55,878 nucleotides of DNA, taken from contig JAZNIU010000017.1 in assembly GCA_045577655.1 (NCBI GenBank), positions 1 through 55,878 on the forward strand, written 5' to 3'. The notes below the pieces were generated by a model. It searched no databases. It had not been told where the DNA came from and was given only the letters and a program-made list of their open reading frames with translations. This DNA is from Clostridia bacterium. GTDB taxonomy: Bacteria > Bacillota > Clostridia > RUG12999. A program made the position numbers and the translations under genes. Of this stretch, positions 39,601 to 48,489 are shown one piece after another (the stretch's first letter is position 1; each line of letters starts with the position of its first letter).

Positions 39601-40054
39601 TTTCTGCAATGTTGTCAATAAACACAATATCTCCCGGTTTATAGACCGTTAAATGTTGTTCATAGAGTTTGCGTGGGAGAGTGTACTGCATCACAGACTG
39701 AGCTGTTGCAATTACAACAATGTCTTCCTCAGACAAGATGCGGTCCAAAACGGCAATTCTTGTTGTTGAAAGCTTCATTTCCGCAGTTTCTATATTATGA
39801 AAAATATATTCTTTTGCTGGGAAAATAACAATTTTTTCGGGAGAAATGTAGAAAGACAAATCCTCTTTTAAAATTCTTGCATCATACATATTTTCAACAA
39901 TTATAAAAGCTTTTTTGGACGTTTTTTCTAAAAAAGAATATAGAAAATCGGCACGTGCAGAAGTTGTTATGCCTGTTACAACAATTTTTGAACAGGCAAG
40001 CTTTGACGCGCCAATAATATTATCAAATTCTTTCATTCTTTCCAGATTATGCAT
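36611..40054 (-). CDS. mfd: Transcription-repair coupling factor
   Basis: RGGIIDIF, CarD-like domain HQVHGIGQY, DRLLCGDVGFGKT, DEEQRFG, SATPIPRTL, QLRGRVGR, TRG motif DLEIRGAG. Confidence 0.97.
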   Translation of the reverse strand: MHNLERMKEFDNIIGASKLACSKIVVTGITTSARADFLYSFLEKTSKKAFIIVENMYDARILKEDLSFYISPEKIVIFPAKEYIFHNIETAEMKLSTTRIAVLDRILSEEDIVVIATAQSVMQYTLPRKLYEQHLTVYKPGDIVFIDNIAEKFIQMGYKRCDMVEGKSQFSLRGGIIDIFPPTNEKPVRIELFDDEIDTIRLFDPETQLSENSVGSCKISCCRELICEDFDGLYESLSKYPEAEWTNRDLEMINEHIYFPALDRYLPLIYKNIPSVLEYLDENFTLFLNYPSGIKEAEVNYNTEILNNVTSFAENGSMPILDGLYVSNIKKSISSLPLTIIALDNISSDSGLFKKTHMFNIASRSIPSYSGKLDLVLTDIKHWKDKNYAITILSGSKTRAEAFYKTLSDNNITAVLSIESRFANPGETVVTTGNISKGFEYPLVGVAVISSSEAFGAIKHRKTASSMPGIKIKSFADLSEGDYIVHQVHGIGQYLGLERIVVDGLTKDYLKIKYKGADILYVPATSLDAVNKYMTGEGHEVKLNKMGGAEFSRVKNKVKKSLKDVADRLIKLYSARSQQKGFAFSPDNDWQKQFEDNFQYEETPDQLKCIEEVKKDMESELPMDRLLCGDVGFGKTEVALRAAFKALMDSKQVAYLVPTTILAQQHFNTFVQRMQDFPINVEMMSRFRTSAQQKKIAEKIATGEVDVIIGTHRILQKDIKFKNLGLLIIDEEQRFGVTHKELIKELKKDVDVLTLSATPIPRTLHMSLVGVRDMSIIAQPPEDRYPVQTYILEYDNSVVRDAILKELGRNGQVYYVYNRVEGIYKVANRLQEMAPNARIAVGHGQMSERELEDVMMQTLNGDIDILVCTTIIETGLDIPNINTIIIENSDQMGLSQLYQLRGRVGRSNRVAYAYLTYRKDKALTETALKRLTAIREFTEFGSGFKIAMRDLEIRGAGNMLGAEQHGDMDAVGYDMYCKLLKDAVADAKGLPEEQDVLTSVDIKADAFIPEEYISSHNIRIEIYKKIASICSESDKESVIDEIIDRFGAPPKSVVNLIEISLIRSLASRAGFCEVSQKGAKILLIFDPSSNIDGNIIMKLASFLPGRIFFSGGAKPYLSVSGIPSSPDTIFSTVKQILEKYIEYSEEK

Positions 40055-40067
40055 ATTAAACTGCCTT

Positions 40068-40628
40068 TCAGTTTAGTTTGTTCATTGCATATTGTGTTCC
40101 TTCGGAAATAATCAGTTCAACAGCCTTTGAAGCATTTTTCACCGTATCTCTCAAAACTTCAATCTCTTGTTTTGTAAGCTTTTCAATCACGTGATCAGCA
40201 ATATCTTTTGCAGAATTTTCCGGCATGCCGATACCAATTCTTACACGGGGAAAAGCATTGCTGTTTAACAAATATATGATGTTTTTTATTCCGTTATGTC
40301 CACCGTCGCTGCCCGAGGGACGAATACGGAGTTTCCCCAGAGGAATACTTATGTCGTCAAAAATTACAATAAGATTTTTTTCTTCAACCTTATAAAAATT
40401 AAGAATTTCACGAACAGCCTCACCGCTTAAATTCATAAAAGTCTGCGGCTTTACTAAGACAACTTTTTCACCGGAGATTGTACCTTGACCGTAAACGGAT
40501 TTAAAACCGAGACGGTTGATGGGAATATTAAAGTCGCTGCTTATCTGGTCAATTGCGATAAACCCCATATTATGCCTTGTAGTTTCATATTTTGGTCCGG
40601 GGTTGCCAAGACCAACGATAATATACAT
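40068..40628 (-). CDS. pth: Peptidyl-tRNA hydrolase
   Basis: IVGLGNPG, TRHNMGF, KPQTFMNLSG, GGHNG. Confidence 0.96.
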   Translation of the reverse strand: MYIIVGLGNPGPKYETTRHNMGFIAIDQISSDFNIPINRLGFKSVYGQGTISGEKVVLVKPQTFMNLSGEAVREILNFYKVEEKNLIVIFDDISIPLGKLRIRPSGSDGGHNGIKNIIYLLNSNAFPRVRIGIGMPENSAKDIADHVIEKLTKQEIEVLRDTVKNASKAVELIISEGTQYAMNKLN

Positions 40629-40650
40629 ATTAAATCACTCCAATAATATG

Positions 40651-40680
40651 AAAAATGCGACAAGCCAAATGACTTGCCGC
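40651..40680 (-). terminator. Terminator downstream of tRNA-Pro
   Basis: Minus strand GCGGCAAGTC-ATTT-GGCTTGTCGC followed by ATTTTT. Confidence 0.65.
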
Positions 40681-40685
40681 TCCTA

Positions 40686-40762
40686 TGGTCTGAGTGGGGA
40701 GACTTGAACTCCCGGCCTCTAGAACCCCATTCTAGCGCGCTACCAAACTGCGCCACACCCAG
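40686..40762 (-). tRNA. tRNA-Pro (GGG), CCA encoded
   Basis: CTGGGTG acceptor stem, D-loop AGTTTGGTA, anticodon arm CTAGA-ATGGGGT-TCTAG, GTTCAAGTC T-loop, ACCA 3' end; 77 nt. Confidence 0.95.
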
Positions 40763-40797
40763 ATATCTCAGGCGGCTTTCCTTAACCGCCGTAGATT

Positions 40798-40826
40798 ATT
40801 ATACACCATACAAGAGGAAAAATCAA
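40798..40826 (-). promoter_or_regulatory. Sigma-A promoter of the tRNA
   Basis: Minus strand TTGATT, 17 nt, TATAAT. Confidence 0.7.
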
Positions 40827-40853
40827 GAGGAAATTTAATTTTTTTGAAATTTT

Positions 40854-43217
40854 TTATTTTAGTTCAACAATGGTTACACCCGTGTCTCCTTCGCCATAAG
40901 AGCCAAGCCTGAAATTTTTGACAAATTTGTTGTTCCTGAGATATTCGTGAACAGCCGCACGCAGAGCGCCGGTACCCTTACCGTGAATAAGAGAAACTTG
41001 TTTGAGAGAGGCAAGTAAACAGTCGTCAATAAATTTGTCTGTTTCCATAATGGCTTCGTGTGCCATAAATCCGCGCAGGTCAAGCTCGGTGTTGATTTTT
41101 AAGCTTTTTGAAGACAGGGAAGAACGTGTTTTTATAATTTTCTCTCCCTCTTTGTCGTATTTCTTTTCCTGTGCAGGCATAACATCCGAAACATTTGTTT
41201 TAACCTTTATAATACCTACCTGAACACTGAATTCGCCGTTGGAATTTGGAAGTGATATTACATCTCCCGTCTCATCAAGCGACAGAATTTTAACTTTCAT
41301 ACCAAGACGGATATCTTCTGCTTTTGTATTAGATTTAACCTTTTTAGCAGCAAGCTTTTTGTCAAAATTATCACTCTTGTCTTTCATTTTGTGTTGAAGC
41401 TTTTCCATCTCGGCAAGATGATTTTTGCCGGAAAGCTGAAGTTTTCGGAACTCTTTCAAAATGCTGCTTGTTTCTTCCTTTGCATTCTCAACTATGTTTC
41501 TTGCCTTTATTCTTGCATCTTCAAGTATTTTATTTTTCTTTTCGTCAATTTTGCGTTTTTCTGCCTCAATTTCCTGACGAATTTTTTCTGCCTCGCGAAG
41601 CAACTTATCTGCTTCAGAATTCCTAGCACCCAGTTCATCACGTTTTGTTTCAAGCTCTGTCACAATATCTTCAAACTTTACCGAATCGGATGAAATTCTT
41701 TTTTCGGCACCTGAAATTATATATTCTGAAAGACCAAGACGTTTAGAGATGGCAAAAGCATTACTTTTGCCGGGGATTCCGATAAGTAGACGATAGGTTG
41801 GTTTTAGCGTTGAAACATCAAATTCACAGGAGGCATTTTCAACTCTGTCCGTTGAAAGAGCATACATTTTAAGTTCGCTATAGTGTGTTGTTGCAACAGT
41901 TTTTGCACCGAATTTTTTAACAGTTTCAAGAATCTCAATTGCAAGAGCGGCACCTTCTACCGGGTCTGTTCCGGCGCCAAGCTCGTCAAACAAAACAAGG
42001 GAGTTTGGCATAACATTTTTAAGAATATCCACAATGTTGACCATGTGAGAGGAGAAAGTGCTGAGGCTCTGTTCAATGCTCTGTTCATCTCCGATGTCTG
42101 CAAAAATATTTTCAAAAACAGGCATATGTGTACCGATTTCTGCCGGAATGTGAAAACCTGATTGACACATGATGGACAAAAGTCCTACTGTTTTAAGCGA
42201 GACGGTTTTACCGCCCGTGTTCGGACCGGTTACAACAAGGGTGTCAAAATCTTTTCCGAGAGTTACATCAATCGGAACAACCTGTTTTGTTGCTATAAGA
42301 GGATGCCTTGCCTGAACAAGACATAAAATCCCTTCCTGGTTCAGTTCTGGACAGATGCATTTCATTTTATTTGAATAGGAAGCTTTTGCAAACAAAACAT
42401 CAAGGCGGACTATAACATCATAGTTAATTATAATATTTTCGCCAAATTCTGCTACTTTAGAAGAGAAATCAGCTAAAATACGTTCAATTTCCCGTTCCTC
42501 TTCGATGGATATATCTTTAAGTTCATTATTAATCTGAACAATCGCAGCAGGTTCAATAAACACAGTTGCTCCGGTTGCGGAAGAGTCGTGAAGTAAACCG
42601 GGTACATTACTTCTATTTTCGTTTTTAACTGGCAAAACATATCTGTCGCCGCGCATTGTGACAATAGGTTCCTGCAAATATTTTGACACAGAAGGGGAGT
42701 GTATCATTGAATTTAAGGTATCTTTTATTTTATTGTTTAATGTGTTCTTTTTTCTTCTTAAAGCAGCAAGCTGCGGACTTGCACTATCTGCAACAAGCTC
42801 TTCGCTTATAAAAGAAGAAGTGATTTCAGATGAAAGTTTTTTGTTTACCATAATCGCAGAAGCTATTGCAGACAAAATGGGAAGCTTGTCTGTTTTTGAA
42901 ATAAAAGCTAAAAGCTGTGATGATACTCTAAGGACTGCACCAATGTTCATAAGTTCTTTAATGGAAAGAATTCCTTCCATCTGAGCCCGTTTAACCGAAG
43001 CGTACACAGGATGTACCGGCGCAATGGGGGGATGAGCATACATAGCAAGCATAGATGAAGCCTGAGATGTTTCTTCCTGCATTGTTTTAACTTCTTCAAA
43101 GTCGGAAGATGGAACCAATGAAAGTATAATCTCTTTTGACTGAGCGCAGGCAGCATAATCGCTCGCTGCACTTAGTATTTTATTAAATTCAAGCACTTTT
43201 AAAACTTTCTTGTTCAT
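40854..43217 (-). CDS. mutS2: Endonuclease MutS2 (RqcU)
   Basis: ARHPLI, TGPNTGGKT, DIGDEQSIEQSLSTFSSH, DELGAGTDP, TTHY, C-terminal Smr domain LDLRG..HGKGTG. Confidence 0.96.
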   Translation of the reverse strand: MNKKVLKVLEFNKILSAASDYAACAQSKEIILSLVPSSDFEEVKTMQEETSQASSMLAMYAHPPIAPVHPVYASVKRAQMEGILSIKELMNIGAVLRVSSQLLAFISKTDKLPILSAIASAIMVNKKLSSEITSSFISEELVADSASPQLAALRRKKNTLNNKIKDTLNSMIHSPSVSKYLQEPIVTMRGDRYVLPVKNENRSNVPGLLHDSSATGATVFIEPAAIVQINNELKDISIEEEREIERILADFSSKVAEFGENIIINYDVIVRLDVLFAKASYSNKMKCICPELNQEGILCLVQARHPLIATKQVVPIDVTLGKDFDTLVVTGPNTGGKTVSLKTVGLLSIMCQSGFHIPAEIGTHMPVFENIFADIGDEQSIEQSLSTFSSHMVNIVDILKNVMPNSLVLFDELGAGTDPVEGAALAIEILETVKKFGAKTVATTHYSELKMYALSTDRVENASCEFDVSTLKPTYRLLIGIPGKSNAFAISKRLGLSEYIISGAEKRISSDSVKFEDIVTELETKRDELGARNSEADKLLREAEKIRQEIEAEKRKIDEKKNKILEDARIKARNIVENAKEETSSILKEFRKLQLSGKNHLAEMEKLQHKMKDKSDNFDKKLAAKKVKSNTKAEDIRLGMKVKILSLDETGDVISLPNSNGEFSVQVGIIKVKTNVSDVMPAQEKKYDKEGEKIIKTRSSLSSKSLKINTELDLRGFMAHEAIMETDKFIDDCLLASLKQVSLIHGKGTGALRAAVHEYLRNNKFVKNFRLGSYGEGDTGVTIVELK

Positions 43218-43240
43218 AAAGTTCTCCATTCAGTTAGCAC

Positions 43241-43267
43241 AAAATCCCCGAAAGCACGCTTTCGGGG
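43241..43267 (-). terminator. Stem-loop/terminator after degV
   Basis: CCCCGAAAGC/GCTTTCGGGG inverted repeat with ATTTT tail on the minus strand. Confidence 0.6.
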
Positions 43268-43274
43268 GGGTGTT

Positions 43275-44138
43275 TTAAGGTTTGGTATAATATAAAACGC
43301 CGGTAAGTCCAGGGCCGGTATTTAAAAGAATTGTCGGACCGATTTTTGCAAGAGGAGCATTTTCAATTCCAAAGGTTTCGCTTAGTGCCTTTTTCATTTC
43401 ATCGTTCTTTTGCTGGTCGCCGCCGTCGATGATATATAATGGCAACCCTTTTTCAAAACCTGTATTTTTCAAGAGCTCCATAATGCGCGGTACAACTTTT
43501 TTGCTGCCGCGGACCTTTTCAAGAGAATTTATAACACCGTCGTCAACTGTTAAAATTGGTTTGATGTTAAGGATTTCTCCAATTGCTGCAACGGCAGGTT
43601 TAATTCTTCCGCCTTTTTTCAAAAACTTGAGTGTATCGGTAACAAAAAAGGCATTACCGGAAGACAAAATTTCGTTTATTCTGTTTAATATTTCTTCTTT
43701 CGATGAGCCTGATTCTGCCATCTGGGCAGCTTCTATAACAGCTCTACCGTAAACATAGGTATATATTTTCGAGTCGATGATTTCAATGTCACAGTCGCCC
43801 TCGTCAAGCAAATACTGTTTTGCAAGATTTGCGGTCTGGAAAGTTCCGCTACCTGATGAAGAAATAGTAAAACAAATGATTTTATATCCATCGTTTGTCC
43901 ATTTTTTAAAACGCTCTATAAAAGTATCAAGACTGGCTTGTGCAGTCGAAAACTTCGTATTATCATCACATGTTTTTAAAATTTCGCAAAACTGTTCAGC
44001 CGTCATTTCATAATAGTCTTTATATGTTTTATCATCTACAGTGATAAGCACAGGGATGATGTCTATATCATATTTATCAACAAGTTCTTTCGGAATATCT
44101 GAGCTGCTGTCTGAAATAATTTTAAATTTATCCGCCAT
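43275..44138 (-). CDS. DegV/FakB fatty-acid-binding protein
   Basis: IISDSSSD, STAQ, SSSGSGT, IIDS, LKKGGRI, LNIKPIL, GPG. Confidence 0.92.
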   Translation of the reverse strand: MADKFKIISDSSSDIPKELVDKYDIDIIPVLITVDDKTYKDYYEMTAEQFCEILKTCDDNTKFSTAQASLDTFIERFKKWTNDGYKIICFTISSSGSGTFQTANLAKQYLLDEGDCDIEIIDSKIYTYVYGRAVIEAAQMAESGSSKEEILNRINEILSSGNAFFVTDTLKFLKKGGRIKPAVAAIGEILNIKPILTVDDGVINSLEKVRGSKKVVPRIMELLKNTGFEKGLPLYIIDGGDQQKNDEMKKALSETFGIENAPLAKIGPTILLNTGPGLTGVLYYTKP

Positions 44139-44170
44139 GCGTTATTCCTCCAAAAAAATATATCATATAT

Positions 44171-44199
44171 ATTATATTTATAAAATGATATATTGTCAA
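44171..44199 (-). promoter_or_regulatory. Sigma-A promoter of degV
   Basis: Minus strand TTGACA, 17 nt, TATAAT. Confidence 0.8.
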
Positions 44200-44219
44200 G
44201 AGACAACGTTTGTTATTAT

Positions 44220-44864
44220 TTATTCAGCAGAAACATTGTTTTCTTTGCAATTTATTAACTCAATTTTAGAAATGGAAATTTCAAACGCTGTTTTAGTTAC
44301 AATTTCTTCTTCGCTGAGCTTTTTCTGATATTCTCTGCTTTGAATCCTTCCGGAAATTTCAATGTTGTCGCCGACCGAAAGGGTAGAAGCATACTTTGCA
44401 TTTCTGCCCCAGGCAATGCAGGGAATATAATCGGATTTTCCGTATGCACGGTTAGTTGCAAGAATTATATCTGCGATTTCTCTGCCGAAAGGAGTGGTTC
44501 TGTATATTACAGGCTTACATATGTATCCATTTAGAAAAATTGAGTTTGCGTCTGTTTCAAGTGCAGACTCGTCAATATTAACTAAATCCTGCGCAAAAAG
44601 AGTAAGAATAAGCTTATTTCCGATTCCCGAATAGTTGTTATATGAACGGTACTGTCCTGTTGCCTGAACATATGAACCTTTTGATGTGTTTGCAAAATTC
44701 AAAAGCTTTTCTGACAGTGTGACGTTTATTATATCACAGCTTCCGCTAAGCCTTTTTACTTTAATGGGAAAAACATAAAAGGTTTCGTCAAGCAGGCTAT
44801 GGCTGATTTTTGGGTCTTCTGTAATTTCTCCCCTAAGCATTGCATAGTTATTTGTTGTTTCCAA
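44220..44864 (-). CDS. Clostridial two-OB-domain single-stranded DNA-binding protein
   Basis: RLSG..D, GQYRSYN, YRTTPFGREIAD, NRAYGKSDYIPCIAWGRNA, GRIQSREY. Confidence 0.88.
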   Translation of the reverse strand: METTNNYAMLRGEITEDPKISHSLLDETFYVFPIKVKRLSGSCDIINVTLSEKLLNFANTSKGSYVQATGQYRSYNNYSGIGNKLILTLFAQDLVNIDESALETDANSIFLNGYICKPVIYRTTPFGREIADIILATNRAYGKSDYIPCIAWGRNAKYASTLSVGDNIEISGRIQSREYQKKLSEEEIVTKTAFEISISKIELINCKENNVSAE

Positions 44865-44886
44865 TCAAATCATTCCTTCCTGTGTT

Positions 44887-45342
44887 TTATAATTTAATTT
44901 TATTTAGCAGTTTCAAAGGTACGTCGCACAAAAGTGCAACAGAAAGTAAAATTGATGCCGTTACTGTGTCTAACATAAGTCCATCAATTTCAAACGGAAT
45001 CTCAAGTGGAGGAATTTTTTTGCCGCCAAGTGTAAAAAGTGACCGCTGCAGGCAAAATACACCTCCATTTTCGGATATACTGGACAGAGTAACGGTGTCT
45101 TTTGTTGATAAACCACAAGTAATTATTTTGCAGTTTTTATCTTTTGTTTTAAAAAGATTTCCTTTGTTTTCGGATGAAACAACTGCAAATTTACATTCTG
45201 GGAATTTGTTTCTGTTTCCCATAACAGAAATATCTGCATAAGAAATGTCAAAATTGTCCTGAATATCTGCAGTAACGTTAACAGACGCTAAAAATTGTTC
45301 CAGTAGTTTTTTAAGATTTTTGTCGCAAAGTATTTTACACAT
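44887..45342 (-). CDS. Hypothetical protein
   Basis: ATG 45342 follows AAGGAG; contains IITCGLSTKDTVTLSSI and CLQRS. Confidence 0.7.
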   Translation of the reverse strand: MCKILCDKNLKKLLEQFLASVNVTADIQDNFDISYADISVMGNRNKFPECKFAVVSSENKGNLFKTKDKNCKIITCGLSTKDTVTLSSISENGGVFCLQRSLFTLGGKKIPPLEIPFEIDGLMLDTVTASILLSVALLCDVPLKLLNKIKL

Positions 45343-45343
45343 T

Positions 45344-46129
45344 CTATTCTCCTTGTTTAGAGCTGTTTGCGGGGATTTGTTTTCCTGCGTTATCAATGGT
45401 ATAATTTTCTGTATAAATAAGTTCTGAAACGGGCACAAAATTAAATCCTTTTTCCTTCAGCATTGGAAGAAGTTTTTCTAATGCCGCCGGAGTATTTTTT
45501 GCTCCGTTATGGAAAAGCAAAATTGAACCGTTTTTTGTTTTAGATAACACTCTTGAACATATTTCGTCCACCGACAAATCTTTCCAATCCAAACTATCAA
45601 CGTTCCATTGGATAACCTTGTAACCATTCTTGTTTGCGGTCTTTATAACCTCGTCCGTATATTCACCATATGGCGCACGGAATAATTTTTTACTAGTACC
45701 GGTGATGTCAGAAATTTTATTTTCGCAATCTGAAATTTCTTTCATAATTTGCTCCTCGCTTAACCCGGTAAGATGTGCATGGGTGTCCGAGTGATTGAGA
45801 ATTTCATGGCCTGCATCACTGAATTTTTTAACAGATGCGGGGAATTTGTTTATAAAGCCTCCTACCATAAAGAAACTTGATTTTGCTTGATTTTTATCAA
45901 GAATTGAAATAAGCTGGTCGGTGTCTTCGTCGCCCCAGGCGGCATCAAATGTGAGGGCAATTTTAGGTTCCTCTGTTTCTACACAATATATTGGCAATGT
46001 TTCTTCATAGGAAGCTGTTGTGAAAACGGCATTTCCAAACCCGTTTCCAACAACAAAAATCCCAACAAGTGCAAGAAATATGGTGGAATATAGAATCAGA
46101 GAATTTTTTGTTATAACAAATACTTTCAA
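45344..46129 (-). CDS. Polysaccharide deacetylase (PdaB-like)
   Basis: N-terminal TM helix, LPIYCV, ALTFDAAWG, NHSDTH, FRAPYG, WNVDSLDW, LFHN. Confidence 0.9.
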   Translation of the reverse strand: MKVFVITKNSLILYSTIFLALVGIFVVGNGFGNAVFTTASYEETLPIYCVETEEPKIALTFDAAWGDEDTDQLISILDKNQAKSSFFMVGGFINKFPASVKKFSDAGHEILNHSDTHAHLTGLSEEQIMKEISDCENKISDITGTSKKLFRAPYGEYTDEVIKTANKNGYKVIQWNVDSLDWKDLSVDEICSRVLSKTKNGSILLFHNGAKNTPAALEKLLPMLKEKGFNFVPVSELIYTENYTIDNAGKQIPANSSKQGE

Positions 46130-46167
46130 AATGTTTCCTCCTTAAATTTTGGAATAACAATATATAT

Positions 46168-46827
46168 TTATTCACGGAGGTGGCGAGTAATACATATTTT
46201 TATTATTACGTCGTCTAAACATTTTTCAGTTAATAACAGTGCAGTGTTTAAAAGACTTTGTGAATCTATCTTGATAGGGAAAAAGGAATCTTTTATTTCA
46301 TATTCACATAAATAAACATTATCCACGGGAAGAGACCTGCTCAGGTCAATTAAAAATACATTTTTACTCAATGCGGGCAAAAATCCATCCCAATAAAGCA
46401 CAAGCCCCTCATGAACTCTTGAAACTACAGGAATTGCAATGCCGCATTTTTTCAGAAAATAGTCCGTAGTGTCATGTGCATCTTCCGACCGGGCAAGAGA
46501 AACAGAGTATCCATTTGTAAATAACTCCAAAAACAAATCGATTTTTGAAAAATTTTTTTCAAAACAAAAGACAATGTTTTGGTTTCTAACAATTGATTTT
46601 TCTTTAATAAACTTGGAAATGATTTTTAAAATAATACCTTTATCAGGGAAAGTGGCTGTTTCGTCAATAGATATAATAGAATTTTTTCGGGATATTTTAT
46701 TTATTTTTTTGTTACTCATATCCGACGGAAACACAAAAAAATGATTATTATTTTTGAAATTAAAAATATCCGGTTTTTTTATAATTCTGTTATTTTTTTT
46801 GCTTTTATCAATATATCCAAAATTCAT
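46168..46827 (-). CDS. Hypothetical AT-rich protein
   Basis: 219-aa ORF with GGTG SD, co-oriented with the pdaB-like gene; no recognisable motif. Confidence 0.65.
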   Translation of the reverse strand: MNFGYIDKSKKNNRIIKKPDIFNFKNNNHFFVFPSDMSNKKINKISRKNSIISIDETATFPDKGIILKIISKFIKEKSIVRNQNIVFCFEKNFSKIDLFLELFTNGYSVSLARSEDAHDTTDYFLKKCGIAIPVVSRVHEGLVLYWDGFLPALSKNVFLIDLSRSLPVDNVYLCEYEIKDSFFPIKIDSQSLLNTALLLTEKCLDDVIIKICITRHLRE

Positions 46828-46958
46828 TTATTCACCGCCAAAATAAGAAAAAGAAAAAAATTTAAATTACCCTTGCATTTTAAGTATCTGTTGATGTATA
46901 ATATATAGTATGACATTTTTATATTTATATTCGTTTTTGAAAGGATTTGGTGATTATT

Positions 46959-47162
46959 ATGGCAAAAATTACAAAAGACACAATTATTGCAGATGTTCTT
47001 AAAATTAGCACAGAAACAGCTCCCTTCTTTTTTGAGATAGGAATGCACTGCCTCGGTTGTCCTTCGGCAAGCGGTGAAACAATCGCACAGGCTTGTGCAG
47101 TTCATGGTGTTGATGCAGATGAACTCATAAACAAATTAAACAATTTTTTAGCTGATAAATAA
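46959..47162 (+). CDS. DUF1858 domain protein
   Basis: ITKDTIIADV, GMHCLGCPSASGETIAQACAVHGVD. Confidence 0.88.
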   Translation: MAKITKDTIIADVLKISTETAPFFFEIGMHCLGCPSASGETIAQACAVHGVDADELINKLNNFLADK

Positions 47163-47200
47163 ATTTTTATATTATTATCGGATATTTGAGGTAAAGTTTA

Positions 47201-48415
47201 ATGAACAATAAGCGCAGCGTTGTTTTTTCAGTTATAATTACATTTATTCTTACAGTAACGATTACTCTGGGCGGCGTGTATGTTTACCAGTCGGGCGCAC
47301 TTTTGAAGTATGGAATTCCAATGCCTGACGGAACCGCCAGCACTATACGTGCAGCAGAAGAGATAATTGATACAATGTATTATGAGGAAGTGGACAAAAC
47401 TACATTGTATAACGGCGCTGTTAAAGGTATGCTTGAAGCTATCGGTGACGAATATACATGGTATGTTGACGAAGATTCCTATGAAAATCTTTCTGTTGAT
47501 ATGAGCGGAGAGTATACCGGCATCGGTGTTACTGTCACCATTGACGCCGCAGACAGACTTATAACTGTTATTTCTCCCATTGAAGATACTCCTGCGTACA
47601 AATTCGGAATTAAACCGGGCGACAAAATTTTGTCTATAGATTCAGTTGTTGTTTCTCAAGATAATTATCAGGAAGCAATCAATATTATGCGCGGAAGCGT
47701 TGAAGATGTCGGCAAAAATGTTGAGCTTGTTATTAAAAGAGCTGAAACCGGACTTACAGAAAAAATTTCGCTTGTTCGCGAAAGAATTGTTCTTAAAACT
47801 GTTAAACACAAAAAATTGCCCTCAAACATTGGTTATATCAGAATAACAAGTTTTGACGAAAAAACTCATAACGAGTTTAAAACTGCTTTAGACGCGCTTT
47901 CCTACACTTCATTGGACGGACTTGTTATTGACCTCAGAAATAATGGCGGCGGAACACTCACATCAATGCAGGAAATTGCAGATATATTGTTGCCGGAAGG
48001 AATTATTACTTATTTTGAATATAAAGACGGAAGAAAACAATATTTCAGGTCTACAGAGGGTCATATTGACATTCCTTTGTCAATTATAATAAATGGCTCA
48101 TCGGCAAGTGCTTCAGAAGCTTTGTCCGGTGCAGTCAGAGACCACGGCAGAGGCACTCTTGTGGGTGAAAAATCTTTTGGAAAAGGAATAGCACAATCTG
48201 TATTTCCTTTTGCAAAGACCGACAAGGGAATGACCGCAATTTATTTAACCACTGCAAAATATTACACGCCGGCAGGCGAATGCATCCATAAAATCGGAAT
48301 TACTCCAGATATAGTTGTTTCTCTCCCTGAAGAGTTTAAAAATGCAAATATAGACGAACTTACACTTGAACAGGATACACAGCTCAAGGCTGCCTGGGAA
48401 AACCTGTTAAAATAA
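47201..48415 (+). CDS. C-terminal processing peptidase (S41, CtpA-like)
   Basis: PDZ domain GIG, IGYIRITSF, DLRNNGGG, SASASE, GEKSFGKG, TTAKYYTP, GITPD. Confidence 0.93.
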   Translation: MNNKRSVVFSVIITFILTVTITLGGVYVYQSGALLKYGIPMPDGTASTIRAAEEIIDTMYYEEVDKTTLYNGAVKGMLEAIGDEYTWYVDEDSYENLSVDMSGEYTGIGVTVTIDAADRLITVISPIEDTPAYKFGIKPGDKILSIDSVVVSQDNYQEAINIMRGSVEDVGKNVELVIKRAETGLTEKISLVRERIVLKTVKHKKLPSNIGYIRITSFDEKTHNEFKTALDALSYTSLDGLVIDLRNNGGGTLTSMQEIADILLPEGIITYFEYKDGRKQYFRSTEGHIDIPLSIIINGSSASASEALSGAVRDHGRGTLVGEKSFGKGIAQSVFPFAKTDKGMTAIYLTTAKYYTPAGECIHKIGITPDIVVSLPEEFKNANIDELTLEQDTQLKAAWENLLK

Positions 48416-48489
48416 TTTTGTTTATTTTGGGAAATATAACTTATATCTTCTCGTTTGGATGTTAATGGCGAAAGGAAAGGTATATTTCT

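Noticed and set aside
40541-40756. 71-aa ORF MAQFGSALEWGSRGREFKSP
   Set aside because: It is a translation of the tRNA-Pro gene.
40629-40853. tRNA-Pro as an integration site
   Set aside because: Flanked by core genes (pth, mutS2); no integrase and no duplicated tRNA 3' end noticed.
46168-46827. AT-rich ORF as a horizontally acquired island
   Set aside because: No flanking repeats or mobility genes, and it is co-oriented with a sporulation-type cluster; a fast-evolving native gene is the simpler explanation.
48405-48489. Rex operator upstream of nfnA
   Set aside because: Only a half-site-like TGTTAA is present; no matching inverted half at the expected spacing.
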